A stretch of 64,000 nucleotides of DNA from Gemmatimonadales bacterium (lineage in GTDB: Bacteria > Gemmatimonadota > Gemmatimonadetes > Gemmatimonadales > GWC2-71-9). The stretch lies in the NCBI GenBank assembly GCA_041615815.1, contig JBFJCP010000023.1, forward strand, positions 16,597-80,596, read 5' to 3'. The position numbers and the translations under genes were made by a program. The notes under the pieces were generated by a model. It was not told where the DNA came from. It searched no databases and saw only the letters and a program-made list of their open reading frames with translations. Of the stretch, positions 29,451 through 39,954 are shown piece after piece (position 1 is the stretch's first letter; every line of letters begins with the position of its first letter).

Positions 29451-30530
29451 ATGCGAATCGCGATCTGCACCGGTGGAGGAGACGCCCCAGGCCTCAACGC
29501 CGTCATCCGCTCAGCCGTCTTGAGTGCGGTGCACCGCGGTTGGACGGTGCTCGGTGTGCGGCGAGGCTTTGGCGGCCTCTTGGGAGATGCCCGCATCGTG
29601 CCGCTCGACCGCGAGACGGTACGTGGCATCACCCATCTCGGGGGCACGATCCTGGGCACTACCAACCGGGGGAATCCGTTCCGTTGGCCCATGCTCCAAA
29701 CGGATGGCACGTGGGCCGAGAAGGACCGGTCGGACGAGTTGGTGGCGTCGTTCAAGGATCTCGAGCTCGATGCGCTGATCGCCGTGGGCGGTGACGGCAC
29801 GCTGGCGATCGCGCTGGATCTCTGGAAGAAGGGTGTTCCCATCGTCGGTGTGCCCAAGACGATCGACAACGATGTTGGCGGTACTGTCCAGACTTTCGGC
29901 TTCGATACGGCCGTGCAGACGGCGACCGAAGCGATCGACAAAGTGCATCCGTCGGCCGAGAGTCACGAGCGTGTGCTCGTGATCGAAGTCATGGGTCGAG
30001 ATGCTGGATGGATCGCGTTGGCGTCCGGCCTTGCCGGAACGGCGGACGTGATCCTGATCCCCGAGATTCCTTTCAGCTTCGCGCGCGTGTGCGAGAAGGT
30101 TCGTTCGCGGGAAGCCGAAGGGAGACACTTCAGCGTGGTGGTCGTGGCGGAAGGGGCGTTCCCCAAGGAGGGCGCGAAGACCGTCAAAACGGCTTCGGCA
30201 CCTGGTAGCGCCGCGCGGCTCGGCGGCATCGGTGAACGGGTGGCGGAACAAATCTCGCGGCACACGGGGAAAGAAACGCGTACGTTGACCCTCGGACACC
30301 TCCAGCGAGGCGGATTCCCAACCACGTTCGACCGCCTCCTGGCTCTCCGTTTTGGAGCCGCCGCCGTCCGAGCGGTTGCCGACGGCCGTTTTGGATACAT
30401 GGTCGCTCTCGATCCCCCCGAGGTAACGCTGGTGAAAATGGTGGACGCGCTCCGCGGTCCTCGTGGGGTTCCGCTCGACTCCGACGTCATTGCCACTGCG
30501 CGCGAGCTGGGCGTCTGTCTCGGCGACTGA
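29451..30530 (+). CDS. pfkA: 6-phosphofructokinase (group III type)
   Basis: TGGGDAPGLN, GGTILGT, GGDGT, PKTIDND, TFGFDTA, EVMGR and LGHLQRGG. Confidence 0.93.
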   Translation: MRIAICTGGGDAPGLNAVIRSAVLSAVHRGWTVLGVRRGFGGLLGDARIVPLDRETVRGITHLGGTILGTTNRGNPFRWPMLQTDGTWAEKDRSDELVASFKDLELDALIAVGGDGTLAIALDLWKKGVPIVGVPKTIDNDVGGTVQTFGFDTAVQTATEAIDKVHPSAESHERVLVIEVMGRDAGWIALASGLAGTADVILIPEIPFSFARVCEKVRSREAEGRHFSVVVVAEGAFPKEGAKTVKTASAPGSAARLGGIGERVAEQISRHTGKETRTLTLGHLQRGGFPTTFDRLLALRFGAAAVRAVADGRFGYMVALDPPEVTLVKMVDALRGPRGVPLDSDVIATARELGVCLGD

Positions 30531-30576
30531 CAACCTCCGGCGGGCGCTTGTGTCCCGCGCCGCAATCTGATTCTCG

Positions 30577-33126
30577 ATGAGTCCCCATCATCACATCCGG
30601 GACCACTATCTCCCGCCTGATCCGGAGGCGTTCCGCCGCGCGGAGCCAGAGACCGGCCGAGTGCTCGTGATCGCGCCAACTCGTGCTGCCTGCGAGACCA
30701 TTGAACTCGCTCTCCAACTCCAGGTCGAGACGTTGCTGGCTCGTGAGCACGGCGATGAGATGAGGGCCTTGGCTGCGAGAGGCCTGGGGTTCGGGATCGT
30801 GGCGGCAACAGGCACCGGCAAGACGCTGGGTGTGCGCATCATTGCCGAGGAGATCCTCAGAGCTCCTCTGCGAGTCGGCGTCGTGAATCGCGAGCGCGAG
30901 GCGACGCCGGAAACACCCACGTGGAACGTCGTCATCGTGACCACCGGGATCGCCCGGCGATGGTTCCAGGACGACCTCATCGACCCCCACGACACGATTG
31001 TGGTGGATGAGATCCACCAAACGTCGGCGGAATTGGAACTTTGCCTTGCCCTCGGCAAGCGCTTGGGTTGCCGATTCATCTGGCTCTCCGCAACGGTGGA
31101 TCCATCGTTTTACGCTCGGTATCTCGAGTCCGCCGAGGTGCTGGAGACCACGGCGTTCGATCCGCGGCTCGCCGCCCGCGTGGAGACGCGGATGCAACGA
31201 CCGCTCGAGTTTCTGGACCGTCGGTTCGTGCAGCGAGCCGTCCGTGAAGGCCGGGGCGTCGCTGTGTTTCTCCCGACGCGAGCCGAGGTGGAACAGATTG
31301 CCACGCTCCTCGGAGACGAATGGCCTCGTCTCAATACCTCCTTCTACCACGGGGGCGAGCCCATCCGCGTCATCCGTCCGTTTCTCGACGGAACCGCGAA
31401 GAAGCCGTTCATGCTCGCCATGACACAAGCCGGCCAGTCGGCGCTCAACATCCACGGGCTGGATACCGTCGTGATCTACGACGCGCGGTACGGCAACGTC
31501 ATCGACCGCGGCCGCAATGTGTTAACCCGGCTGTATCTCGGACCCAACGAGATCCTCCAAATGGCCGGTCGGGTCCATGGGCGGGTCCCCAATGGTGAGG
31601 TGTACATCCTGACCGATCGTGACATCGAGTTCGCCACGCTCCGACCCGTCCCGCCGGAGTTCCAGCTCGCCGGCGACTCGGAACGAGTGGCGCTCACCGC
31701 CGGCGCGCTGGGCATAGATCTCACCCAGCTCGAGCTCCCCATCCCGCTCGATCGACGCGCGTACTCCGAAGCCGTGGGAAAGCTGACCGTCAGAGGCATA
31801 CTGGCCGGGACTCGCCTCACCCGATACGGCCGCGACGTGGAGGCGATGCCGGTGGACAGACCCTGGGCCGAGATGCTCGTGCACGCCGATGACGAATTGG
31901 TCCCATTCGTTGCGGTCTCGGCAAATATCGACTCGCTGCATCGGATGACCCGTGAAGAGAGCGATCTCGGAGGGCTCATCGTGTATGGCAGCGATCATCT
32001 CACGGCCTACAACATCTACGCGGAGGCGGTGAACACGCACGGGTACCTCGGTGAGGTCTACGGGCTCCCACGACATCTGTTTCCGGATGAAGTCGACGAC
32101 TGGGCAATGCGTCGCGGCGTCCTCGTGAAGGCCATCGAAGACATTGCTTTGGGGATGGCTTCAGTGTATCGGACGATGGAGATCGCGCTTCCAGCTAAGC
32201 TTCCCCGCGCAACTAATGCGACGCTCCAACGATTCGGCGATCTCGTGGCGCGGATCATGCCGTTTGATCTCGTCATCGAGGGTGAGACCGCGACTGGCGA
32301 CCGCGTGCGATTGTCGGATTCCTCCGTCTGTCACGCCGGTGGAGCCATCGCGGGCACATTGCGGTATTTCGCGGACAAGTTCGGGGTGCCGCGGGGCGTG
32401 ATCGAAGGGACGACCGTTCCCTTCAAGCTCATTCGCAAGTACGCGACCCTTGGCCCCCCCGAGGTGGAATACCGAGCTGGACGGCGGAGATCGGGACTCG
32501 TGGTGGCTCGCGCCACGAGCTACGCGGGCTTCGTGCTGGACCGGGTGCGCAAACCGCTGGAGGGTCCCTTTCCCCCGGACCTCGTGGACGCGGCGCGCGC
32601 GGCGATCGTGGAAGCACTGTTGACCGGGTCCACCGCGCATGCCGATCAGCATGCGGTGGTTCGCGTCGCGGACCGTCTCGACGAATACTGGCGACGCTCG
32701 GGCGGCGCACTGCACAACGCCCGGCGCGATCGGGTCCGGGATGCCCTCCACGGGCAGCTCGAGCGCGCAGGGAGTTGGGAAGACTTTCTCGAGACGCGGG
32801 TACGGTTGGAGCTGGACGACTTCGTGTCCGCCGAACAGCGGGCTTCGCTCGACGCCTTGCCCAGCTCAGCTCCAGTGCTTGGGGATCGCGTGCCAGTGAC
32901 GTATGAGATCGAGGGCGGGGTGGGGATCGCACGGCTGAGGCTGCGAGAGGGCCAGGCACGTCGGCTCCGGCACCGAGATCTTCCGCAGATCGAGCGTCCA
33001 CTACGGCTCTCGGTCTACAGAGGCCGGCGGGAGGTGGCCCGGGCGTCCTCGCTGGACGAATTGGATCGCATGCTGCGGCGCCTTCCCCAAAGAGAACGAC
33101 GCAGCCGGCGGGGCCGGCGGCGCTAG
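30577..33126 (+). CDS. SF2 DExH-box helicase (distantly HrpA/HrpB-like)
   Basis: ATGTGKT, VTTG, VDEIH, LSAT, VFLPTRAEV and QMAGRVHGR. Confidence 0.85.
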   Translation: MSPHHHIRDHYLPPDPEAFRRAEPETGRVLVIAPTRAACETIELALQLQVETLLAREHGDEMRALAARGLGFGIVAATGTGKTLGVRIIAEEILRAPLRVGVVNREREATPETPTWNVVIVTTGIARRWFQDDLIDPHDTIVVDEIHQTSAELELCLALGKRLGCRFIWLSATVDPSFYARYLESAEVLETTAFDPRLAARVETRMQRPLEFLDRRFVQRAVREGRGVAVFLPTRAEVEQIATLLGDEWPRLNTSFYHGGEPIRVIRPFLDGTAKKPFMLAMTQAGQSALNIHGLDTVVIYDARYGNVIDRGRNVLTRLYLGPNEILQMAGRVHGRVPNGEVYILTDRDIEFATLRPVPPEFQLAGDSERVALTAGALGIDLTQLELPIPLDRRAYSEAVGKLTVRGILAGTRLTRYGRDVEAMPVDRPWAEMLVHADDELVPFVAVSANIDSLHRMTREESDLGGLIVYGSDHLTAYNIYAEAVNTHGYLGEVYGLPRHLFPDEVDDWAMRRGVLVKAIEDIALGMASVYRTMEIALPAKLPRATNATLQRFGDLVARIMPFDLVIEGETATGDRVRLSDSSVCHAGGAIAGTLRYFADKFGVPRGVIEGTTVPFKLIRKYATLGPPEVEYRAGRRRSGLVVARATSYAGFVLDRVRKPLEGPFPPDLVDAARAAIVEALLTGSTAHADQHAVVRVADRLDEYWRRSGGALHNARRDRVRDALHGQLERAGSWEDFLETRVRLELDDFVSAEQRASLDALPSSAPVLGDRVPVTYEIEGGVGIARLRLREGQARRLRHRDLPQIERPLRLSVYRGRREVARASSLDELDRMLRRLPQRERRSRRGRRR

Positions 33127-33701
33127 CCGGAAGGGCCCCCCAAAGACAGTACCCCGAGCCAAGCCGCGGCATACGCTTCCTCCAACACCTTCCCATCCAC
33201 CCCGCTCACGAGCTGTAATCCCAACCCCTCGACAGTTGCGGCGAGTAGCCACCCGAGATCCCCGACTGGCACGGCCGGCTCGAGCTTCAAGTCTCGGAGC
33301 AGTCGGATAGCCGCTTCGCCGAGCGCCCGGCTGTACCGAGTCACGGCCTTTTTGGCTGTCTGTTCAGTCAAAACACCAGATCCCACGAGTGATGTCCAGG
33401 CCCGAACCGTGCCATCCTGGGCCTCTCGAGTCAGCAACGTCCAGCTTTTGGCAATGGCCTCGTTCGCGGAGGGCGTACGGAAAGCTTCACGCCAATCGCG
33501 CTCCCGCTGCTCGGCGAGGCGATCGGCCACCGCTTCCAGCAGTGCCTTCTTGTTCTTCAGGTGGTAATGGATCAGTCCCTTCGCGCATCCCGCTTCCTTG
33601 GCTACGGCATCAATCGTCAGGGCAGGGGCCCCGCGGCGTTGGATCACGGCCTGCGCGGCGTCCAGGATCCCCTCTTTCGAAGTGCTGCTTCTCGTGCCCA
33701 C
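33123..33701 (-). CDS. TetR/AcrR family transcriptional regulator
   Basis: ILDAAQAVI..LTIDAVAKEAGCAKGLIHYHLKNK; AGGAG RBS 7 nt before GTG 33701. Confidence 0.88.
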   Translation of the reverse strand: MGTRSSTSKEGILDAAQAVIQRRGAPALTIDAVAKEAGCAKGLIHYHLKNKKALLEAVADRLAEQRERDWREAFRTPSANEAIAKSWTLLTREAQDGTVRAWTSLVGSGVLTEQTAKKAVTRYSRALGEAAIRLLRDLKLEPAVPVGDLGWLLAATVEGLGLQLVSGVDGKVLEEAYAAAWLGVLSLGGPSG

Positions 33702-33712
33702 GCCACAGCTCC

Positions 33713-33730
33713 TGGTTGTCCGGACGACCA
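33713..33730. promoter_or_regulatory. Palindromic operator upstream of the second TetR gene
   Basis: TGGTTGTCCGGACGACCA is an 18-bp palindrome with one mismatched pair, between a TATATT -10-like hexamer and the RBS. Confidence 0.55.
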
Positions 33731-33901
33731 ATATAGGATCGTGGATCGGCCAAGGACAACCACGGGACTAATGGCCGATCGTTCAGTCAATGCAACGCGA
33801 GCTTCGAGTCGACTGAGGAATCCTGGACGAAGAGGTGAAACCTTTTGCGCTTTGAAGCGTAAGCGAACATAAGCACTGCTTCGGGGAGATCGCTTCCAAC
33901 C

Positions 33902-34342
33902 GTGCTTCCTACCACGTTCACTCCACTCGTGCGAGCAATCCTGGACCCCCTGGGCGAGGGAGTGGTCGTGTTCGATCAGGGTGGCAATCTCGTGTACGCC
34001 AATGAGTCGGGCCGCCACGCCATCGAACGTCTTGGCGCAACCGGGAGAGACAGGGACTCGGAGCTTCGTTCACTTCTGCTCCGCCATGGTGCCCGAGTGG
34101 CCCCTCTGCGGATCGGCGACGCCACCCTCGGAGAAGCGGCGTACCTCCCGGAGCCAGATCCCCCCCACGGGACTCTCGCGGAGCGAGAACGACAAGCCAT
34201 CTTCACGACCCTCGAAGCCACGGGCTGGAAGCTCACTGAGAGCGCGCGGCGACTCGGCATTTCTCGCACGACGCTCTGGCGGCGCCTCAAGACCTACGGG
34301 TTGTCCCGCGAGAACTCGCGGCCGTGGTCGGGCAACTCCTAG
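33902..34342 (+). CDS. PAS-like plus Fis-type HTH protein (no AAA+ domain)
   Basis: ILDPLGEGVVVFDQGGNLVYANE (PAS start); TLAERERQAI...ESARRLGISRTTLWRRLKTYG (HTH_8). Confidence 0.85.
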   Translation: MLPTTFTPLVRAILDPLGEGVVVFDQGGNLVYANESGRHAIERLGATGRDRDSELRSLLLRHGARVAPLRIGDATLGEAAYLPEPDPPHGTLAERERQAIFTTLEATGWKLTESARRLGISRTTLWRRLKTYGLSRENSRPWSGNS

Positions 34343-36513
34343 TCGCTGCAGCGCTCGTTAGCGTCCCCCAGCAGGTCGATGCCTCGGCCTTCAGCGACCC
34401 GAGCACGGCAGTACTCTTCGCGCGGGCTCGGGTTCGGCACATTCGCCAGGATTCGCTCGTTCGCGACTACCGCGCCCGCATCCACACCCGGATCGAGGCA
34501 ACCGTTGGCAGGAGTCGTTTTGGCCGCCTGACCAGTCTCTTTGTTCATGAGACCGAGGCCACGGTGGCCTGGCAAACGCCCAACGACCTCCGAGTCGAAA
34601 TCCTCGGCGCCCGCACGGCGTTACCGGCTCTACGCATGATCGGGCGGATCAATCGGAAGATCGAAGGTGAGCTGGATCAGGAGTCGCGTGGCCTCGGTTC
34701 GGAGGCGCTTCTCGACCGGCCGTGGTTCGTTCCACGCGCGCTCGGGGACAGCGTCCGTCTCCTCGGCGTGCCGAGCACGGCCGCGCTCCACCCCCTCGCT
34801 CCAGATGCCGAGTCGATCTATCGCTATGCCATTCGCGATACGCTGACGTTGCGTCTCCCGAGCCAAGTGGTGCGCGCCGTGCGCATGCGGGTGGAACCCA
34901 GAGTGCTTGGACCGTCCATGATCGCGGGGGACATGTGGCTGGACGCCGAGACCGCAGATGTGGTCCGTCTCATGGTGGTCTTCATCGGCGAGTATCTCTG
35001 GGAGGAGCCGAAGCGTCCTACAGCAGAGGACAGCACGAGGGCCCGAAACGCTAACAAGTGGGCGAGTCGGTTCATCACCACGGACGCCGATATCGAGTAT
35101 GCACTGGTCCACCAGCAGTATTGGATGCCGAGGCGCCAGGTGCTGCTTCAGACCGTCACGGTGCCGTGGTTCGCCGACATGACGGTTCCGGTTCGCGCCA
35201 TCACCATCTTTGATGCGTACCGCATCAACACCGACACCGTACTGACGTTTGCCCTGGACGCTCCGAGTGATCCACGGGGGACCGAGCTCAGGGTCAAGTC
35301 GCGCAATGCCAAAGAGGGCGATCGGGGGAATGATGAGGATCGCCGGCAGCATGGGTATTTGCGAGGGGGGGTGTGGGACAATGGACGTTGGGAAGTGAAC
35401 GTTCCACCCGAGGATTCGCTAGCCCGTCACGAGTGGGAACGAGAGTTCCGCATCGACCTGGACGATGAGGAGGAAGCGCAACTCCGGGAATCGATCGCCG
35501 CGCTCGCTCGACTCGAGGAGGATTTGCCAGCACAGTGGGTTGGTCACCAACGGCTGGCGCTTGCCTGGGAGCGATTTTCCGATCTCTTCCGCTTCAACCG
35601 GGTGCAGGGTCCATCGCTCGGTGTGGGCTACCAGCTTCGGCCCGGCCCCGCGTTCACGACGCTGCACGTGACGGCCCGTTTCGGACTCGCGGATCAACGG
35701 CCCACGGGTTCGCTCACCTGGCGGCGCGATGGCCCGGGCGGCCGGCTCGATCTCAGCGTGTACCGGGTGGTCCAGGACGCGGAGCCATGGACCAACGGGC
35801 AAGGGTTCGGGAACTCCCTGAACGCGTTAGTCACCGGTCACGATGATGCGGACTACTTGCTGGCCTTCGGGGGCGGACTGTCCCACACGTGGCACTCGGG
35901 TCTTCTGCGGGACGTGGAGGTCGGTCTCTTTGGCGAGCGCCAGCGAAGCATGGCTGTGGAGGCGGGCTCGATCTTCGCGGACCTCGTGGGAGACGGGGAT
36001 TTTCAACCCAACCCACCCGTGATCGAGGGGGACTTCTTCCGCGCCGCCGTTCGTCACGTTCGTGAGCTCGGTCCGGTCGAATGGCGTCAGGGAGCGGAAA
36101 CGCTGCTTGGCGAGGATCGGGGAAGCGTCCGTCTGTGGACCGGGCTGCGCGTGCCGTTCGCCATCGCGTCCCGCACCGGGACACTGACGTTGCGAGGCGG
36201 TCTCACCCGGGGAGATGCGCTGTCACAGATGCTGGTGCGAGTGGGTGGCACCGAGACCGTGCGGGGCTACACCTATGGAACCAGAGTTGGTCGGGAGTTC
36301 TGGTCCGCGCAGCTCGACATCGGATTGAGCTCGAGTCCCTACTTGGCCCCGGTGGCCTTCGTCGATGTGGGTGACACGTTTACTGGGGACCCCTTGGTCG
36401 GTATCGGTGCCGGTCTTTCGATTCTTCATGGCCTGGTGCGCCTCAACCTGGCCAAAGGCCTGAATCCGGGTACGGACGTGCGCTTCGATCTGTTCTTCAA
36501 CGCACCGCGTTAA
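34324..36513 (+). CDS. Outer membrane beta-barrel protein (BamA/TamA-like or DUF5686-like C-terminus)
   Basis: Signal peptide, RFNRVQG, amphipathic strands, VGGTETVRGY loop motif and a terminal RFDLFF strand. Confidence 0.7.
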   Translation: MVGQLLVAAALVSVPQQVDASAFSDPSTAVLFARARVRHIRQDSLVRDYRARIHTRIEATVGRSRFGRLTSLFVHETEATVAWQTPNDLRVEILGARTALPALRMIGRINRKIEGELDQESRGLGSEALLDRPWFVPRALGDSVRLLGVPSTAALHPLAPDAESIYRYAIRDTLTLRLPSQVVRAVRMRVEPRVLGPSMIAGDMWLDAETADVVRLMVVFIGEYLWEEPKRPTAEDSTRARNANKWASRFITTDADIEYALVHQQYWMPRRQVLLQTVTVPWFADMTVPVRAITIFDAYRINTDTVLTFALDAPSDPRGTELRVKSRNAKEGDRGNDEDRRQHGYLRGGVWDNGRWEVNVPPEDSLARHEWEREFRIDLDDEEEAQLRESIAALARLEEDLPAQWVGHQRLALAWERFSDLFRFNRVQGPSLGVGYQLRPGPAFTTLHVTARFGLADQRPTGSLTWRRDGPGGRLDLSVYRVVQDAEPWTNGQGFGNSLNALVTGHDDADYLLAFGGGLSHTWHSGLLRDVEVGLFGERQRSMAVEAGSIFADLVGDGDFQPNPPVIEGDFFRAAVRHVRELGPVEWRQGAETLLGEDRGSVRLWTGLRVPFAIASRTGTLTLRGGLTRGDALSQMLVRVGGTETVRGYTYGTRVGREFWSAQLDIGLSSSPYLAPVAFVDVGDTFTGDPLVGIGAGLSILHGLVRLNLAKGLNPGTDVRFDLFFNAPR

Positions 36514-36571
36514 CAGGCCCTGCGGCGCCGGTATAGCGCCATCGGGCAGGCCCACCTACGTTTCCTCACCC

Positions 36572-37045
36572 ATGCAGCCTCGCCCCTTCGTCATCGACGA
36601 GTATGTGCGGTGGTCCGACGTCGACTTCGCCGGGATCATCTTTTACGGCTCCTACGTGCGCTTCTTTGAGATCGCCGAGACCGAGCTCTTTCGTACCGCC
36701 GGTCTTCCGTATGGTGAGGTCTTCGACCGTTTCGATATCTGGCTCCCCCGGGTGCACTTCGGCTGCGATTTCAAGTATCCGGCGCGGCTGGACGACCACC
36801 TGCGCGTGAGCGCCTATTTCACCGAGTTTGGCACCAGTTCGATCCGCATCAATTTCGACGTGGTGCATCTGGGCTCACGGCGCCTTGCAGCTGTGGGCGA
36901 AGAAGTGCTCGTGTGCACCGATCGCGATTCGCTGCGGCCCCGGGCGTTACCCCCAGAGCTCCGACGGCAGCTCGAGCCGTTCGCGCTGACCGCCACCGAG
37001 GCGCGCGCTCACCTCGGACTCGGAAAGACGGGATCCAGTCCATGA
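36572..37045 (+). CDS. Acyl-CoA thioesterase (YbgC/4HBT hotdog family)
   Basis: VRWSDVDFAGIIFYGSYVRFFE and FKYPARLDD. Confidence 0.9.
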   Translation: MQPRPFVIDEYVRWSDVDFAGIIFYGSYVRFFEIAETELFRTAGLPYGEVFDRFDIWLPRVHFGCDFKYPARLDDHLRVSAYFTEFGTSSIRINFDVVHLGSRRLAAVGEEVLVCTDRDSLRPRALPPELRRQLEPFALTATEARAHLGLGKTGSSP

Positions 37046-37704
37046 CCACCCGCTCCGTCCTGGTGTGCTTTCTCCTGACGGCCGCGTGCGAGGGCAATCA
37101 GGGCGATGCTTCCATCGATCCCGACTCGGTGGTGTCCGAAGAGCCAGCCATGACGGCCAACCCCACTGAGCTTCCACCTATGCCGGAATATCCGTCCGCA
37201 CGTCGGGGTCATCTGGTGGTCGTCACCGCCGGCGGAACCGATACGATTCAGGGGAACTGGCCGGCGAGCGCCCAAGTCTGCCAAGAGCCCCCGGCGCTTC
37301 TGGTGAGGGCTGAGAGTCCGGACGTTGGGTTCGTGGTTCTGTTGCATAGGACGGCAGAGGATACGATACCACGCGTCTATCGCGTGGCGGCGACGGACAG
37401 TGGATTCCCGATCCCCCCAGCAGCCCAAGTGGGAGTTCAGCAGGTGACGGAGCGAGGGGTCTCCGGCTTCCGGGGTGTGTTTGGTACCGTCGAGCTGGAA
37501 GCGCTCGAACCACGCGCCGCCGGTCGCATCGCCGTAACACTCCGCGAGCTCGAATCGAGTGAAAGCAGGCAGTTCGCTGCGGTGTTCGCGGAACTCCCCG
37601 TGCAACCGGCGCGCCCCGAAGATTGTGAGACACTCCGCGGTGGGGCGCCTGACGAGGAGCCGGATTCCTCGGCGTCGCCGATCGGGGGGCAGTCCCTCGA
37701 ATAG
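37042..37704 (+). CDS. Hypothetical lipoprotein
   Basis: ATGA overlap; MTTRSVLVCFLLTAAC lipobox. Confidence 0.65.
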   Translation: MTTRSVLVCFLLTAACEGNQGDASIDPDSVVSEEPAMTANPTELPPMPEYPSARRGHLVVVTAGGTDTIQGNWPASAQVCQEPPALLVRAESPDVGFVVLLHRTAEDTIPRVYRVAATDSGFPIPPAAQVGVQQVTERGVSGFRGVFGTVELEALEPRAAGRIAVTLRELESSESRQFAAVFAELPVQPARPEDCETLRGGAPDEEPDSSASPIGGQSLE

Positions 37705-37726
37705 ACAATCGATTACATTGCGAACG

Positions 37727-38920
37727 ATGACCGACACATACTTTCGGAGAGGTTTCGGCCTCAAAGGTGAGGTGGCCGAGGATCTCACGGCGGACTATCA
37801 CAGTCAACTGGTGGATCGGATCCGCGCTGAGGGCGGTATGTTATCCGTCGAAGGCTTCGCCATCCTTGTTGCGAAGGAGTTTGGTTTCTGCTACGGCGTC
37901 GACCGTGCGGTAGAGTATGCGTACCAAACGCGGGCCAAGTTCCCTGACCGTCAGATCTACCTCGTGGGCGAGATCATCCATAATCCCCATGTGAACACCA
38001 AGATGGAGGTCATGGGGATCACCATTCTCCGACCTGAAAGCGACGGCGCGTTCGATTATTCTCACATCACGGAGGACGATGTCGTGGTTCTGCCGGCGTT
38101 CGGGGTTCGGCGCGAGGACTTCGAGCAGTTACGGAAGGTGGGCTGTCTCGTGGTAGACACGACCTGCGGGTCGGTGCTCAACGTGTGGAAGCGGGTGGAC
38201 CGATACGCAAGAGAGGGTTTCACGGCCGTGGTGCACGGAAAGCACTATCACGAGGAGACCAAGGCGACGGTGAGCCAGGTATCGAAGTACCCTGGTGGCA
38301 AGTATATGATCGTGCGGGACATGGCGGAGGCCGAGTTATTGTGTGGGTTTCTCGAAAACCGGCTCGAATCTTCGACTATGCGAGAAACGTTTGGTTACAA
38401 GGCATCTCCCGGTTTCGATTTCTCGGCCGATCTCGAACGCATCGGTGTCGCAAATCAGACCACCATGCTCGCCGGCGAGTCGCTCGCCATCGCGCGACGC
38501 ATTGGAGAGTCTCTGGCCCGACGCTACGGTGCCGAGGAGTTGGACAAGCGCTTCCGTACGTTCGACACGATCTGCTCGGCGACGCAGGAACGGCAGGATG
38601 CCGTGTTGGAGCTGATCGAACAGCCGCTCGACGTCATGGTCGTGATCGGCGGGTACAACTCGAGCAACACCAATCATCTGGCCGCGATCTGTTCCGACCG
38701 CTTGACGACGTATCACATTTCAGACTCGTCTTGCATTGACCCAGAACGCGGAACCATCAGCTTCAAGCCGGTGGGGAGCGAAGAGCCAACGGAACGTGCG
38801 CACTGGTTGGCGGAGACATCCCGGCTGGGCATCACAGCGGGTGCGTCCACTCCCAACAACAAAATCGGCGAAGCCATCGAGCGTATCTTGAAAACTCGTG
38901 GCCTGCCCTCACCGATATAG
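37727..38920 (+). CDS. ispH: 4-hydroxy-3-methylbut-2-enyl diphosphate reductase
   Basis: FGFCYGVDRA, EIIHNP, DTTC, HEET, NQTT, DTICSATQERQ, GGYNSSNT and TAGASTP. Confidence 0.95.
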   Translation: MTDTYFRRGFGLKGEVAEDLTADYHSQLVDRIRAEGGMLSVEGFAILVAKEFGFCYGVDRAVEYAYQTRAKFPDRQIYLVGEIIHNPHVNTKMEVMGITILRPESDGAFDYSHITEDDVVVLPAFGVRREDFEQLRKVGCLVVDTTCGSVLNVWKRVDRYAREGFTAVVHGKHYHEETKATVSQVSKYPGGKYMIVRDMAEAELLCGFLENRLESSTMRETFGYKASPGFDFSADLERIGVANQTTMLAGESLAIARRIGESLARRYGAEELDKRFRTFDTICSATQERQDAVLELIEQPLDVMVVIGGYNSSNTNHLAAICSDRLTTYHISDSSCIDPERGTISFKPVGSEEPTERAHWLAETSRLGITAGASTPNNKIGEAIERILKTRGLPSPI

Positions 38921-38979
38921 GCGCTCCTGCTGTGCGACAGCGCGCGTACGTGCCCGCGCGATCGACGGAGCGCGCGGTT

Positions 38980-39954
38980 TCAGTTGGGGCCGCCCTCCCT
39001 GTGGGCTTGACCGCGCTGGTTCCACCACCGCTGCGCGGCGTCGTGTAGTGGAATGGGTGGCCGATCGAGCGCTTCCAGTCGGATCTGTCGAGCGATGTCG
39101 TGCACCTGGATGAGACGATCCCGATCCCGATCCAGAACTTGGAGAACGTGTTCGACGACTTCGGCTGGTAGGTCCGCCCGGGCTACCACCCAATTCATCA
39201 CCGCAACCGTCGGTATATCGGCGTCAACACCTGGGTAGCTGCCCGCCGGAATCGTCGCTACATCGTAATACGGATACCGCGCCGTGAGGCTGTCCCGCTG
39301 CGCTCGGCCGATCCCGAGAAGGCGTACGCCGCCGCTCGTAGTCACTTCGAGCACGGAGGAAGCAGGGTATCCCACCGACAGAATGGCTGCAGCGATGGCG
39401 CCGTCTCGGAGCGCATCCGCTGACTCGCGAAACGAGAGATAGCGGATGTCGATGTCGTCGTACCCGACACCGTAGATTTCGAGGAGATGACGGGAGACCT
39501 GTTCGGTGCCGCTTCCCGGAGCACCGACACTGATGCGGCGTCCGCGGAATGCCTCGATGCCGGTCATGCCAGCGCCTCGCGCGATCAGCACGTGCGTGAC
39601 ATTCGGATAGAGCGGCGCCACCACGCGAAGATCCGACATCGGCATTTGGAAGTCTTCCCCACCGTTGAAGGCTTCATACACGGACGTGCCAATGGAGAAG
39701 GCGAGGTCCATCTCACCGGCGCTGACGCGATTGAGGTTTTCCACGGACCCGCCCGTGACTTCGGCGGTGTATTGCCGCACGGAATCGATTTCGCTGAGTC
39801 GTGCCGCAATCGCTCCGCCGAGCGGGTAGTAGATTCCTCCAGTTCCCGCTGTTCCGAGGCTGAGAAACCGACGTCCGGATCCGTCGCCACCGCCACACGC
39901 GAGCATCATGGCGGCGGTCACCAGCGTTCCGAGGTCTAGACGGCTACGTAGCAT
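38980..39954 (-). CDS. TAXI family TRAP transporter solute-binding lipoprotein
   Basis: Lipobox MMLAC; GTAGTGGIYYPLG, TGGSVEN, GAPGSGT and IPLHDAA. Confidence 0.92.
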   Translation of the reverse strand: MLRSRLDLGTLVTAAMMLACGGGDGSGRRFLSLGTAGTGGIYYPLGGAIAARLSEIDSVRQYTAEVTGGSVENLNRVSAGEMDLAFSIGTSVYEAFNGGEDFQMPMSDLRVVAPLYPNVTHVLIARGAGMTGIEAFRGRRISVGAPGSGTEQVSRHLLEIYGVGYDDIDIRYLSFRESADALRDGAIAAAILSVGYPASSVLEVTTSGGVRLLGIGRAQRDSLTARYPYYDVATIPAGSYPGVDADIPTVAVMNWVVARADLPAEVVEHVLQVLDRDRDRLIQVHDIARQIRLEALDRPPIPLHDAAQRWWNQRGQAHREGGPN

